Shown: positions 1 through 7,577 of the stretch, piece after piece
How positions within the stretch are numbered: the stretch's first letter is position 1
Layout: each line of letters starts with the position of its first letter
IMG/VR virus record: IMGVR_UViG_3300006638_000001
Coordinates: 1 to 45,520 of that record
DNA from: a virus
Length of the DNA: 45,520 bases
Reading direction: 5' to 3' (one strand)
The notes under the pieces: generated by a model
What the model was told of the DNA's origin: nothing
Seen by the model: the letters and a program-made list of their open reading frames with translations, nothing else
The model's database searches: none
Position numbers and translations under genes: made by a program

Positions 1-110
1 GCAGGGTATTCCCCCGGGCAACCACTGGACACTGCGTACATCTTGACTGCCTGTTGTGGCATTTCGAGCGATGAGCGCCACGCAACTCCAGGCATATAAT
101 CCTCAGCCGA
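1..110. repeat. Terminal direct repeat, copy 1 (identical to 45411..45520); probably the overlap of a circular or concatemeric assembly
   Basis: Bases 1-110 (gcagggtattcccccgggcaacc...cctcagccga) recur exactly at 45411-45520. The repeat lies inside CDS 45197..45505. Confidence 0.9.
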
Positions 111-166
111 ATATCTCATTGTACTACTCTCTCCATTTTGTGTGTGGGTGTGTGTGTACTACTACG

Positions 167-187
167 GTCCGAAGGGAAGGTGTATTG
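167..187 (-). promoter_or_regulatory. Phage-RNAP promoter-like motif (class A variant)
   Basis: Minus strand reads CAATACACCTTCCCTTCGGAC, one of six co-oriented intergenic copies of the CCTTCC(C/T)TA core. It lies directly after the stop of 193..420 and about 75 nt upstream of the start at 45505 (= position 95). Confidence 0.5.
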
Positions 188-192
188 TTTCG

Positions 193-420
193 TTACACCA
201 GTGCTGTCTTACGGTGGCGCTCTTGCGCGGTGAAGTGACCGAGTGCACGCGCCGTAGCTTCATCCCTTACTCCTGCACGCCCAATCCGTGCGGTTACTGC
301 TTCAATGGCGGAAACGCAGATGGAACAGCGCGCGCCAGTCTCTGGACAGTAATACTCGAAGATGGTTCCTTTATAGAGATCATGGGGCCGCTCGCCAACT
401 AACTCCACACTCAGCGTCAT
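193..420 (-). CDS. Hypothetical protein (75 aa)
   Basis: ORF whose start overlaps the stop of 417..665 (4-nt overlap). No motif recognised. Confidence 0.4.
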   Translation of the reverse strand: MTLSVELVGERPHDLYKGTIFEYYCPETGARCSICVSAIEAVTARIGRAGVRDEATARALGHFTAQERHRKTALV

Positions 421-665
421 TTTGGCTCCTCCAGTACGAACGTGTCAAACAGTGCGCCTTTAACCAGCCTATAACTATGCACTTGCGGACCCTCCAGTGG
501 ATTGTTGTTGACTTTCCGAAAGAACCTCGTTGCGATACCTGCGTACACAAATTCTCCATTCATACATCCGCCAATACACACCGTTGCACGCCGGCCAAGC
601 GGAATCCTCGGCGGGTCTGGGTCTGGTGGCGGGGTCATCCACTCGTCGCCCGATAGCATAGCCAT
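417..665 (-). CDS. Hypothetical protein (82 aa)
   Basis: ORF starting 7 nt downstream of the RNAP stop on the same strand. No motif recognised. Confidence 0.45.
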   Translation of the reverse strand: MAMLSGDEWMTPPPDPDPPRIPLGRRATVCIGGCMNGEFVYAGIATRFFRKVNNNPLEGPQVHSYRLVKGALFDTFVLEEPK

Positions 666-671
666 AATGTG

Positions 672-3194
672 TCACGCGAAGAAATAGGGTGAGTCGAGGA
701 TGACGTTGAGGTCGAGAGTTCCCAACGCGGGAGGAGCTGGACATTCTGTTGCGTCTTTGGCCTGTGCGCACCATTGCGCGTACAGACTGCCCACAACGTC
801 GTTATCACGGTACAGTGACACGAATGATTCACGAGTGGCGGCAGCCAGAATGCCTGTGTCACATGCGTGCGTGGAGTAGCTGTCGTGGACGCAACCAAAT
901 GCTGTTACACCACGCGACATTGCCAGCGTGACCGTCATCTCCAGTGCAGCAGCGTCCAGTGAATGCACCACGTTCGGCGCAATGGCGTTCCGCTGCTTGA
1001 GCGGGCGGATTGTGTCCAGTTGCTTGTGATAGCTAGGCTGAATGACTTTACCAGCCAGTACTGTTTTGATTTGCTTCTTTTCCGATTCGAAGTACTCTTG
1101 TCGGACAGGAAACCCCGTGACAGGAACGATCCACTCAACCGCTGTCCCGTTCGCTAATATCTGGAGCACCGCTTTCTGCATCCACTCCATTCCTTCACTA
1201 GCTGCCACAACCGTCTGTTGCAGCGCGTTCCAAATGAGCAACGCCATCAAATCACACGCTTCGTGGACAACTGACTTACCGGCTACATCTATGCACGTCG
1301 CACGGATGGTCTGCCAGTCGTCATGGCTGCGTAAGTAGTCACGGAGCTGGTCTGCGAACCCGTACTTCTTCGACCCGTACCCATATGTCATCGTTGGGCG
1401 CTTGGTCAGCTTGCGTGTTACCAGACTCGACTGGAGCCACCACAGAGCAACGGGATTAGTTGAAGCTCCCTCCGCAAGCGCGTCCAGAACGAGGTCAGCA
1501 ATCGTTTGATATATGTCATGTGGTGTTTGTGACGGTGAAAGGTTGACCGCTGCCCCACCAATAGGATCACGGAACATTGCCGAGAAGTGTTGGAGCCCAT
1601 TGCACGATCCATCTTGAGCAATCGGTAGATACGACACGAATCCTTCTTCACCACCAATGTTGAGAGCTGCCCACTCACAGCAGAACGCATAGAACTGCAA
1701 CGGTTTCTCTGCACACTCCGCCCACCACGTTTCTTCCAGTGGATTCATTGCAACGCCGATGATGTCTTGCGTGTGTGCGTCTATCCAGTCGATACGATCA
1801 TCCAGTGACCAACTGCTCATCTTGGCACCTTCCGGCGTCTTGTCGAGGCAATTAGCGCCATGCAGTGCTAACCATCTAGCTCCGTCTAGCCCCAAAGGCT
1901 TTCCTTCGGAGAACCGGAGTAGTGCTTTAGACAAGTCAGCGCCTTGCGGTGACAGAAACGAACAGATTGGGTAGATACGCCCCCGGAAGTCCAGATTATA
2001 CGCGAAGAAGATTGCATCATCATGCTCCAGAGTGTCCGCTACTTTCAGCGTGTGTGAGTACTCAATGGTGTGGACTACCCGTGCGTGGTTGCGCTCGTGC
2101 ACTGCGTGCTTTGCTTTGCGATACAGACGCCGACGCTCTTTGCTTACATCGTCATCGCCCGTGATGAGATTGTCGGGCGGCTTTGGTGGCATGGGCTCTG
2201 GCTCAAATGCCGGGACACCAGCGAGTGCTCTACCTGTCAGCTTGATCTTGCGCACCAGCTCCAGCACATGCGGATTAACTTGCCACGCTGTCTCTTGCAG
2301 TGCGTTGAGCGTGTCATACACCAGTGGCATCGTTGCGTCATCAAACCGAGCTTGCTGCACTCGTTTGTCACATCCTCGTACCAACGGGTGACGGCCACGG
2401 AGTGAGAATCGATATCCACCACGTTGCTTTGGCTGCCACCGAAGTGGTGGCACGACCATTGGCATTGCTACTGGCTGCAACAGAGCCAGCATATCGTTAC
2501 GCTTGGTCAGCCATTCAATGGTTTCCACGGCTGGGACCAACACGACTTCTTGCCGGATAGCTGTACGGCGTCCTTTGCCGTGTGTGTTCTTGACAATCCG
2601 TTTGGACTGTAGCTCCAGCATCCCTGTGGTTGATATGAGGATGTCCAAGAGCTTGCATCCAACCAGGAGCTTCGTGCTTTCACTCATGTCCAGGTCAGTC
2701 ACATCAACTTCCGCATACTTCGCCGTGGCTGCCATCGACTTCGCCATGTGTGCGTAGTTGGACGTGGTGAATGAGTTAAGCCGGTATTCGAATAGTCCCG
2801 GTGCTTGCTCTTGGAACCGTCGAAACCGTAGCTCATCCAGCATGTACTTGGTGATGGACCGTGCGACATCATTCAATGGCATCTTGAGTGCAAGCACGTC
2901 CAACACAGCTTTGACCATCATGTACGCTGTGACATCAGGACCGAGAAGCTGGACCCATTTGAACGCGCAGTGCTTCCCGCCTGACCTGTGCTCTACCAGG
3001 CCCACCCATGTGGTGATGCCAGCAGCGACTTTGCCAACAGCTTCGGACAGGAGTTTCTTGTTACCACCAACGTGTGCAGCGTTGCCAGCTTGCTCTGCGG
3101 CGATGAGGCGTTGACGGTATGCTATCGCACCATCGGCTGTAGCTTGGGACTCAAGGAACCGTTGACGCTCGACAAGGGATGCGTATGAGTCCAC
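672..3194 (-). CDS. Single-subunit DNA-directed RNA polymerase, T7 gp1-like
   Basis: 840 aa, GTG start. Colinear by eye with T7 RNAP: YNLDFRGRIYP (T7 YNMDWRGRVYA), DGSCNGLQHFSAMFRD (DGSCSGIQHFSAMLRD), ETWWAE..FYAFCCEW, TMTYGYGSKKYGF, APNVVHSLD, VHDSY, C-terminal SPYFFA (T7 SDFAFA). Confidence 0.97.
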   Translation of the reverse strand: MDSYASLVERQRFLESQATADGAIAYRQRLIAAEQAGNAAHVGGNKKLLSEAVGKVAAGITTWVGLVEHRSGGKHCAFKWVQLLGPDVTAYMMVKAVLDVLALKMPLNDVARSITKYMLDELRFRRFQEQAPGLFEYRLNSFTTSNYAHMAKSMAATAKYAEVDVTDLDMSESTKLLVGCKLLDILISTTGMLELQSKRIVKNTHGKGRRTAIRQEVVLVPAVETIEWLTKRNDMLALLQPVAMPMVVPPLRWQPKQRGGYRFSLRGRHPLVRGCDKRVQQARFDDATMPLVYDTLNALQETAWQVNPHVLELVRKIKLTGRALAGVPAFEPEPMPPKPPDNLITGDDDVSKERRRLYRKAKHAVHERNHARVVHTIEYSHTLKVADTLEHDDAIFFAYNLDFRGRIYPICSFLSPQGADLSKALLRFSEGKPLGLDGARWLALHGANCLDKTPEGAKMSSWSLDDRIDWIDAHTQDIIGVAMNPLEETWWAECAEKPLQFYAFCCEWAALNIGGEEGFVSYLPIAQDGSCNGLQHFSAMFRDPIGGAAVNLSPSQTPHDIYQTIADLVLDALAEGASTNPVALWWLQSSLVTRKLTKRPTMTYGYGSKKYGFADQLRDYLRSHDDWQTIRATCIDVAGKSVVHEACDLMALLIWNALQQTVVAASEGMEWMQKAVLQILANGTAVEWIVPVTGFPVRQEYFESEKKQIKTVLAGKVIQPSYHKQLDTIRPLKQRNAIAPNVVHSLDAAALEMTVTLAMSRGVTAFGCVHDSYSTHACDTGILAAATRESFVSLYRDNDVVGSLYAQWCAQAKDATECPAPPALGTLDLNVILDSPYFFA

Positions 3195-3197
3195 CGG

Positions 3198-3464
3198 CTA
3201 GTACCGAGCTGTGATACGCCCTGATTCACTACGGAACGACGACTGCCGTGGTTTGCCTGTCCAGATTGGTCCGTTGTAGTGAGTCTTGTAGCTGCTCCAC
3301 TTGATGTTGGCAGCCAGCATTTCTGCCTTGCGCTGCATCTGGCGACTACCACGTCCTGAGAACTCAATACGCTGGCCGGCCACTAGTGCGCTTACGGCGT
3401 TCGCTAGCATGTGCTGAACAGAGACACGACGACGGGTGACTTGTTGTGGGGTTGACCGTTCCAT
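3198..3464 (-). CDS. Hypothetical protein (88 aa)
   Basis: I chose the internal ATG (MERSTPQQ..) that lies 1 nt after the TAA of 3466..3651. The longer track ORF (to 3563) would overlap that gene. Confidence 0.45.
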   Translation of the reverse strand: MERSTPQQVTRRRVSVQHMLANAVSALVAGQRIEFSGRGSRQMQRKAEMLAANIKWSSYKTHYNGPIWTGKPRQSSFRSESGRITARY

Positions 3465-3465
3465 G

Positions 3466-3651
3466 TTAGAGGGCCCCCATCTGCTCTGCGGCCCGTATGG
3501 CCACCAGCACCGCCCTGTACAGAAGGACGGCATTGTCAGCAATGTCATCCGCAACTGCATCAAGCTTGCTGCGTGGATGTGCAGCCATCGTCGCTGCCAT
3601 CAGAGCTATGGTGTTGTAGCGGGCTGTCTCGCGAATGCTTCGTACGTCCAT
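3466..3651 (-). CDS. Hypothetical protein (61 aa)
   Basis: ATG preceded by AAGGAGAG with 6-nt spacing. First ORF after the long non-coding leader. Confidence 0.55.
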   Translation of the reverse strand: MDVRSIRETARYNTIALMAATMAAHPRSKLDAVADDIADNAVLLYRAVLVAIRAAEQMGAL

Positions 3652-4015
3652 TTCAACTCTCCTTGTTGTGGATCGTGAACGCGCCTATGGCGGAAGCCGG
3701 GGGTCCGGTTCTGTTTTTGGGGCGTATAGGTTGTTCTGGTGGTGGTGCTGCTCTACGGCACTACTACTGACTACTGCTGTCTAGTAACTAGCAGTACCCA
3801 GGCTATACCATGCTATGTATTGACTCGCTACGCTCGTACCAGCTGTACCTCAGCCAGTACCCTGCTAGGTATCCCTTAAGGAGGGACTATCATTGGTATC
3901 ATTGTTGATAATCCACTAAAAGGGTCCATACTGTCTCTCTCTACTGGTTCACTACTGGTGATCCTCAAGGGAGCCTCTAGTAACCCTATAGTAGTCCATA
4001 CTGGTGTATCTTCAC
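3652..4015 (-). promoter_or_regulatory. Long (~360 nt) non-coding, visibly AT-richer leader between promoter motif 4016..4040 and the RNAP operon; candidate origin or regulatory leader
   Basis: No ORF on either strand. Minus strand has CAGTATGGAC twice (3923..3932, 3993..4002) and clusters of CAGTAG/AGTAGT. CTAGTAAC occurs twice on the plus strand. Confidence 0.35.
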
Positions 4016-4040
4016 GTCCGTAGGGAAGGTGCATTGATTG
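4016..4040 (-). promoter_or_regulatory. Phage-RNAP promoter-like motif (class A)
   Basis: Minus strand CAATCAATGCACCTTCCCTACGGAC. Near identical to the copies at 34280 and 16210. Confidence 0.6.
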
Positions 4041-4072
4041 GAATACGGACTATTTGTCCGAACCCCCGGGCG

Positions 4073-4360
4073 TCAGTTAATAAATGGCAGTGGCAATAGT
4101 GCAGGTGCGTATGCCGGGTTTATATACCATGCCGGTACTTCTGTCTGTGTATCATTTCGTACAGAGGGTATATCTCTGGCTACAGCAAAGTCCATATTGT
4201 GTGTGACTGCGAGCTTGTACTCGTCCATACATGCCGTGCAACTGCTGCTGCTGGTCTTACGTGGTGCCAGGTGTCCGTGAGAACAGGGCTTGCCTGTGAA
4301 GTAGTCGCCAAGCCCTTCGGCTATGGCTTGCTTCCGTGGTACGATGACGTGCTTACTCAT
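4073..4360 (-). CDS. Small zinc-ribbon protein (95 aa) with a YFTGKPCxHGH..CxxC motif
   Basis: Start chosen at MSKHVIVPRKQAIAEGLGDYFTGKPCSHGH, just downstream of promoter motif 4403. The same motif forms the N-terminus of the HNH endonuclease at 39741..40226. The track ORF extension to 4681 crosses a repeat array and the promoter motif. Confidence 0.55.
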   Translation of the reverse strand: MSKHVIVPRKQAIAEGLGDYFTGKPCSHGHLAPRKTSSSSCTACMDEYKLAVTHNMDFAVARDIPSVRNDTQTEVPAWYINPAYAPALLPLPFIN

Positions 4361-4402
4361 TTGTTTGGGGTCTCTCTTTTTGGGGTGCCTGTCTGTATAA
4401 CG

Positions 4403-4425
4403 GTCCAATAGGAAGGTCTGATTGG
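4403..4425 (-). promoter_or_regulatory. Phage-RNAP promoter-like motif (class B)
   Basis: Minus strand CCAATCAGACCTTCCTATTGGAC. Shares GACCTTCCTATTGGAC exactly with the copy at 9452. Confidence 0.55.
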
Positions 4426-4447
4426 TAACGTACAGAGCGTCAGCCGT

Positions 4448-4607
4448 GGACAGAGAGCTAGTCTCTCGACTCGTGGCTGTGCGACTGGTGTACTGGCCTG
4501 ATTCATGCTTGCTCTCTTGCAGCGGACAGAGAGGTAAAGTGGAGCTGGACGTATAGCGGACAGAGCGACAGCGGACAGAGAGGTGCTGGAGGACAGAGAG
4601 GTAAATG
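4448..4607. repeat. Array of five direct GGACAGAG(A/C)G repeats (iteron or operator-like)
   Basis: Copies start at 4448, 4524, 4558, 4573 and 4591. The copies at 4524 and 4591 extend to GGACAGAGAGGTAAA. The array is non-coding and lies upstream (transcriptionally) of promoter motif 4403. Confidence 0.6.
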
Positions 4608-4644
4608 TGCTTGTGTGCGATTTCGTACATAGGCCTGCCCTCAA

Positions 4645-4663
4645 CTGTATAATTTCTATACAG
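4645..4663. promoter_or_regulatory. Perfect 7-bp inverted repeat CTGTATA-ATTTC-TATACAG (operator-like)
   Basis: Read directly from the sequence. It contains TATAAT on the plus strand and flanks the GGACAGAGAGG array. Confidence 0.4.
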
Positions 4664-4776
4664 TGATTGCGGGCCCGCCATGCCGTCTAGGACTGTGGCA
4701 TATGTCTAGCCATACTAGGACGCCAGTTCGGTAAAAGAATGGACTGGCGCCCCCTTGCACCGCGTAGGCGGGCTAT

Positions 4777-4899
4777 CTACCGGCCTAACCCCTGGATCAA
4801 TGCTGCCAGTAACGCTAGTGCCCCGATCATCAGGGCTATTTGGATGATGGCCCCAAGCGCTTCCTTGATGATTCCAGATTTCCGCTTCTTCAACACCAT
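4777..4899 (-). CDS. Possible small membrane protein (40 aa)
   Basis: Below the ORF-track cutoff. ATG..TAG encodes MVLKKRKSGIIKEALGAIIQIALMIGALALLAALIQGLGR, a basic N-terminus followed by one hydrophobic helix. GGGGA lies upstream. Confidence 0.3.
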   Translation of the reverse strand: MVLKKRKSGIIKEALGAIIQIALMIGALALLAALIQGLGR

Positions 4900-4932
4900 T
4901 GACTTATCCCCGGGCTAGGGTGTGCTGTGAAT

Positions 4933-5160
4933 CTACTGTGCTACAGCTTCCTTCACGTATACCGGCCCCGTTTCGTTCACGGGGTCGATTAACTCGGTAT
5001 ATCCGTACCGCTTGAGCCAGCGTTCACACCCGCCAGCCGTGTCAGACGCCATGAGGTAGCCTTGGTTCGACTGCACTCTCCATGGCCTGACCGGAAACGG
5101 GAACCACTGTATCCAAGTTCGGGCCGGTAGATTGGCGCGTGCTAGTTGAGCTTTGGTCAT
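4933..5160 (-). CDS. Hypothetical protein (75 aa)
   Basis: ORF whose start overlaps the stop of 5157..5555 by 4 nt. Confidence 0.5.
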   Translation of the reverse strand: MTKAQLARANLPARTWIQWFPFPVRPWRVQSNQGYLMASDTAGGCERWLKRYGYTELIDPVNETGPVYVKEAVAQ

Positions 5161-5555
5161 GTGTCGTACCCCCAGCCATTCACTAGGCTTATTACATCCT
5201 TCACTAACTCTGTGCGGAGGTTGTCAAACCCATATGCCACTCTCGCTGCCTTGGCGCGGTGCCATGGGTTTACGTCGCCAAACATGCCAAATTGGACGCC
5301 TGCCTTGCGCGCCTCATGTGTCAGATTCCACGTTGCGACAAACGTATCCGGCTGTGGGCTGTCCCCATCAAAGTCAACGTCAACGTATGCGCCACCTGGT
5401 GCGATGATGTGCAGCATAATGGCGCGCGGGCAGTGTTCCATCCATTCAGTATCCACCGTGACCGTCGCACCCGCCTCAACTAGCTCTTGACTCAATAGAT
5501 TGGCCATTTGCACGCGGTCAGCCTTTCGGCGTTCGCTCAGTTTGGCACCGGTCAT
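5157..5555 (-). CDS. Hypothetical protein (132 aa)
   Basis: ORF overlapping both neighbouring ORFs by 4 nt. No motif recognised. Confidence 0.6.
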   Translation of the reverse strand: MTGAKLSERRKADRVQMANLLSQELVEAGATVTVDTEWMEHCPRAIMLHIIAPGGAYVDVDFDGDSPQPDTFVATWNLTHEARKAGVQFGMFGDVNPWHRAKAARVAYGFDNLRTELVKDVISLVNGWGYDT

Positions 5556-5773
5556 TTCGGATACCTCCCGCCTATCGTCCGCGTGATAACCGCATCATCC
5601 CCGAGTAGATAGGCGGTGCTGTACCACATCCTATTTGACGGGCTAAACTGGACTAGAGCGTATTCGCGTACATCGTCGCGTGACGTGAACACATCTACAA
5701 CCTGGCCGCGGCGCCATGCGTTATCTGGACGCTCCGGGCCGACTGTGGCAGCGTCTCCAATGTGGAATTGCAT
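5552..5773 (-). CDS. Hypothetical protein (73 aa)
   Basis: ORF packed between ArdA and 5157..5555. Confidence 0.55.
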   Translation of the reverse strand: MQFHIGDAATVGPERPDNAWRRGQVVDVFTSRDDVREYALVQFSPSNRMWYSTAYLLGDDAVITRTIGGRYPK

Positions 5774-5775
5774 GG

Positions 5776-6399
5776 CTAGTTATCCCGGAAAACGTGGCCA
5801 TCAATGAACGTATATCCGGCCATGAACAGGTCGCGCGCAAATGCGTCATAGTCAAAATAGTTGCTGACGCTTTCATCCACGTTGTCTAGCATGCCGATCT
5901 CTTCGATGTATGACTCCGCGTATGCTTCCTCAGTGTCATACTCACCACAATACGCATCGGTGAAATCATCAGACGATAACGTCACGTCCCCAATGTTCTG
6001 AGCCCACAGTATCCACGGCTCGCCATGCTCTTCGATCATTTCAGCGGCATGCGCGACTTCATCAAGGTCCGGATACTCACCGAATGTGGACGCGAGCGGG
6101 CCAAACCCGTCGTAGTCGTGGATTGCGTACTCTTCGGCGCTTGGGACAGTGCCCACTCCATTGCATACTACACATGTCTCGATTTGCCCGTCGTCACATT
6201 CAATGTGCTTGTTGCCGTCACAGTTGGGACACACAAGTATGACATTCGGATACTTGGACGTACGCAATATGCGTTTGATTTCGTCGCGCATATCGTCTGC
6301 GTCAGTGGCGTCTATCCACTCGCCGGTTAGTACGCCGTTGTTGTAGTCGGCAAGGACGGCGATGTAAACGCGTGGTGTGTCAGTGGTTGCTGTGTTCAT
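5776..6399 (-). CDS. ardA: ArdA-family antirestriction protein with an inserted CxxCxGxG zinc-finger segment
   Basis: Start at MNTATTDTPRVYIAVLADYNNGVLTGEWIDA, preceded by AAGGAGAG. ArdA-like blocks: YNNG.L.G.WID, AEEYAIHDYDGF, C-terminal YFDYDAFARDLF. CPNCDGNK..CVVCNGVG is inserted between the first two blocks. Confidence 0.8.
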   Translation of the reverse strand: MNTATTDTPRVYIAVLADYNNGVLTGEWIDATDADDMRDEIKRILRTSKYPNVILVCPNCDGNKHIECDDGQIETCVVCNGVGTVPSAEEYAIHDYDGFGPLASTFGEYPDLDEVAHAAEMIEEHGEPWILWAQNIGDVTLSSDDFTDAYCGEYDTEEAYAESYIEEIGMLDNVDESVSNYFDYDAFARDLFMAGYTFIDGHVFRDN

Positions 6400-6403
6400 G
6401 GTG

Positions 6404-6571
6404 TTAACTCTCCTTTGGTGTGTGAGTGCGTGCGAGTGTAAGCAGCCGTGCGTTGTACACATCCCATTCACTGGCTGTCAGCGTGCCACCATCACAAGCC
6501 TTGCGGTCTGCAAAGTAGGGAACGCGAAGTGCACGAGCTGCAATGAGTGTGGCGCTTTCTTTGGCGTTCAT
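6404..6571 (-). CDS. Hypothetical protein (55 aa)
   Basis: Below the track cutoff. ATG overlaps the upstream stop (TAATG). Encodes MNAKESATLIAARALRVPYFADRKACDGGTLTASEWDVYNARLLTLARTHTPKES. Confidence 0.4.
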   Translation of the reverse strand: MNAKESATLIAARALRVPYFADRKACDGGTLTASEWDVYNARLLTLARTHTPKES

Positions 6572-6786
6572 TAGCGCATGCTCTCTGCGGCAAACTGGCG
6601 CGCACGCTCGATGCTGGCCGTGTCAATGAAGCCAACCACGCGCAACGGTGTGGCAATCCATTCAGTACCCATGAGTGCAATTTCATCCGCGTCCGTTAGT
6701 CGCACTTGCCACATCCCTGCGCATGGGCGCATTTCGCACTTCTTGCCGGTGCTGGTTGTGGCTTCGATGATAATTGTGGTGTCCAT
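6571..6786 (-). CDS. Hypothetical protein (71 aa)
   Basis: Start chosen at MDTTIIIEA, with GGGGAG upstream. Confidence 0.45.
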   Translation of the reverse strand: MDTTIIIEATTSTGKKCEMRPCAGMWQVRLTDADEIALMGTEWIATPLRVVGFIDTASIERARQFAAESMR

Positions 6787-6880
6787 TGTCTCCCCGTGTG
6801 TTAGGTGTCTATCCTGCACGCCACCAGTATCTATGTCTAGCACGGATAACACAAGGGCAAATCTTCTAGTTAATCAAACC

Positions 6881-7102
6881 CTAATCTATGTTTCGGTATG
6901 GATTCGGTTTCAACAGTCGGGTGACGTTGAGCTCGTCAGCTAGTCGGCGCGTGGCGACGGATACCGCGTCACCAATAGTATGCACGCGTCCAGTGTCGAG
7001 CGTTAGGCGTGCTGCCAGGAGCCGGAGGAGTTGTTGTACCTCGACAGCATCATCCATTGGTAGACGGATGTTGATTTGTGGCCGTAGATCGGATGCACTC
7101 AT
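6881..7102 (-). CDS. Ribbon-helix-helix (Arc/CopG-like) DNA-binding protein, candidate regulator
   Basis: MSASDLRPQINIRLPMDDAVEVQQLLRLLAARL..IGDAVSVATRRLADEL fits a beta-strand/helix/helix layout. It lies downstream of an operator-like repeat array. Confidence 0.5.
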   Translation of the reverse strand: MSASDLRPQINIRLPMDDAVEVQQLLRLLAARLTLDTGRVHTIGDAVSVATRRLADELNVTRLLKPNPYRNID

Positions 7103-7116
7103 AATGATACAACATA

Positions 7117-7202
7117 TGACAATCAGGCAGTGTGCGCCAGTGGACACTGTCTAATGTGGCAGGCTGCCAATAAGGCATGATAAGACATGTCAATATGGCA
7201 GG
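7117..7202 (-). promoter_or_regulatory. Three direct repeats CTGCC-N2-3-ATT-N0-1-G(A/T)CA plus the palindrome TGGCAG-G-CTGCCA
   Basis: Minus strand: CTGCCATATTGACA (7188..7201), CTGCCACATTAGACA (7148..7162), CTGCCTGATTGTCA (7117..7130). Palindrome at 7157..7169. One copy contains a TTGACA -35-like hexamer. Confidence 0.45.
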
Positions 7203-7296
7203 AAAAACAAACCGATAAGAGACTTACGTAGAGTAAGCGACTAACTAAAAGTAAGCAAATAACGCGCGATATGACGCTCGCACCCTCCCGCGCACC

Positions 7297-7569
7297 CTAT
7301 TGACCCTTAGATAACCAATCAAAAGCCACCCCATAACTCATTGTGCCACATAGACTTAGCATCATGAGTGTGCGAGTGGTGCGCGACCATACATCAGGGC
7401 CCAGGCGAGACATAGAACGCGCCAGCGCGCACGCGTTCCATCCAGGCGCGTTATGAGATCGAGAGGGTGGCATGGGGAAAACCTGCATGGCCGCCATATC
7501 GTATACCGGCTCGGATATGTTCACCAAAATTCCCCAGCCCGACACTTCAGGCATCCATTGAAATCCCAT
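7297..7569 (-). CDS. Doubtful hypothetical protein (90 aa)
   Basis: It is the only ORF of at least 60 aa in this interval. The composition is Trp/Met-rich and atypical, and there is no clear RBS. Confidence 0.25.
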   Translation of the reverse strand: MGFQWMPEVSGWGILVNISEPVYDMAAMQVFPMPPSRSHNAPGWNACALARSMSRLGPDVWSRTTRTLMMLSLCGTMSYGVAFDWLSKGQ

Positions 7570-7577
7570 AAATCAAC

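Noticed and set aside
3694-3718. Plus-strand hairpin GCCGG-GGGT-CCGGT followed by TCTGTTTTT as a terminator
   Set aside because: The stem is only 5 bp including a G.U pair, and no plus-strand transcription unit feeds into it. It may simply be part of the leader structure.
3984-3996. T7-consensus-like GACTACTATAGGG on the minus strand (9/9 match to T7 positions -6 to +3, ACTATAGGG)
   Set aside because: A 9-mer match is expected by chance at roughly this genome size. It occurs once, and the upstream specificity region differs from T7. The genome has its own recurrent motif (CCTTCCCTACGGAC), which is a better promoter candidate.
4448-4607. CRISPR-like interpretation of the GGACAGAGAGG repeats
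   Set aside because: The repeats are only 10-16 bp with irregular 15-76 bp spacing. There are no cas genes and no leader. They are more consistent with protein-binding iterons.
4645-4663. Reading the CTGTATA-N5-TATACAG palindrome as a LexA (SOS) box
   Set aside because: The gammaproteobacterial box is CTGT-N8-ACAG, and here the spacing is CTGT-N11-ACAG. It also does not match the alphaproteobacterial GTTC-N7-GTTC type. I kept it only as a generic operator-like palindrome.
4361-4681. N-terminal extensions of track ORFs (4073..4681, 39741..40451, 35505..36425, 18194..18595, 14009..14455, 34659..35084, 5776..6471)
   Set aside because: The extensions overlap upstream genes, a tRNA-like gene, repeat arrays or promoter motifs, and they translate to atypical sequence. 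Internal starts with an RBS or a start/stop overlap give proteins that begin where homology begins.
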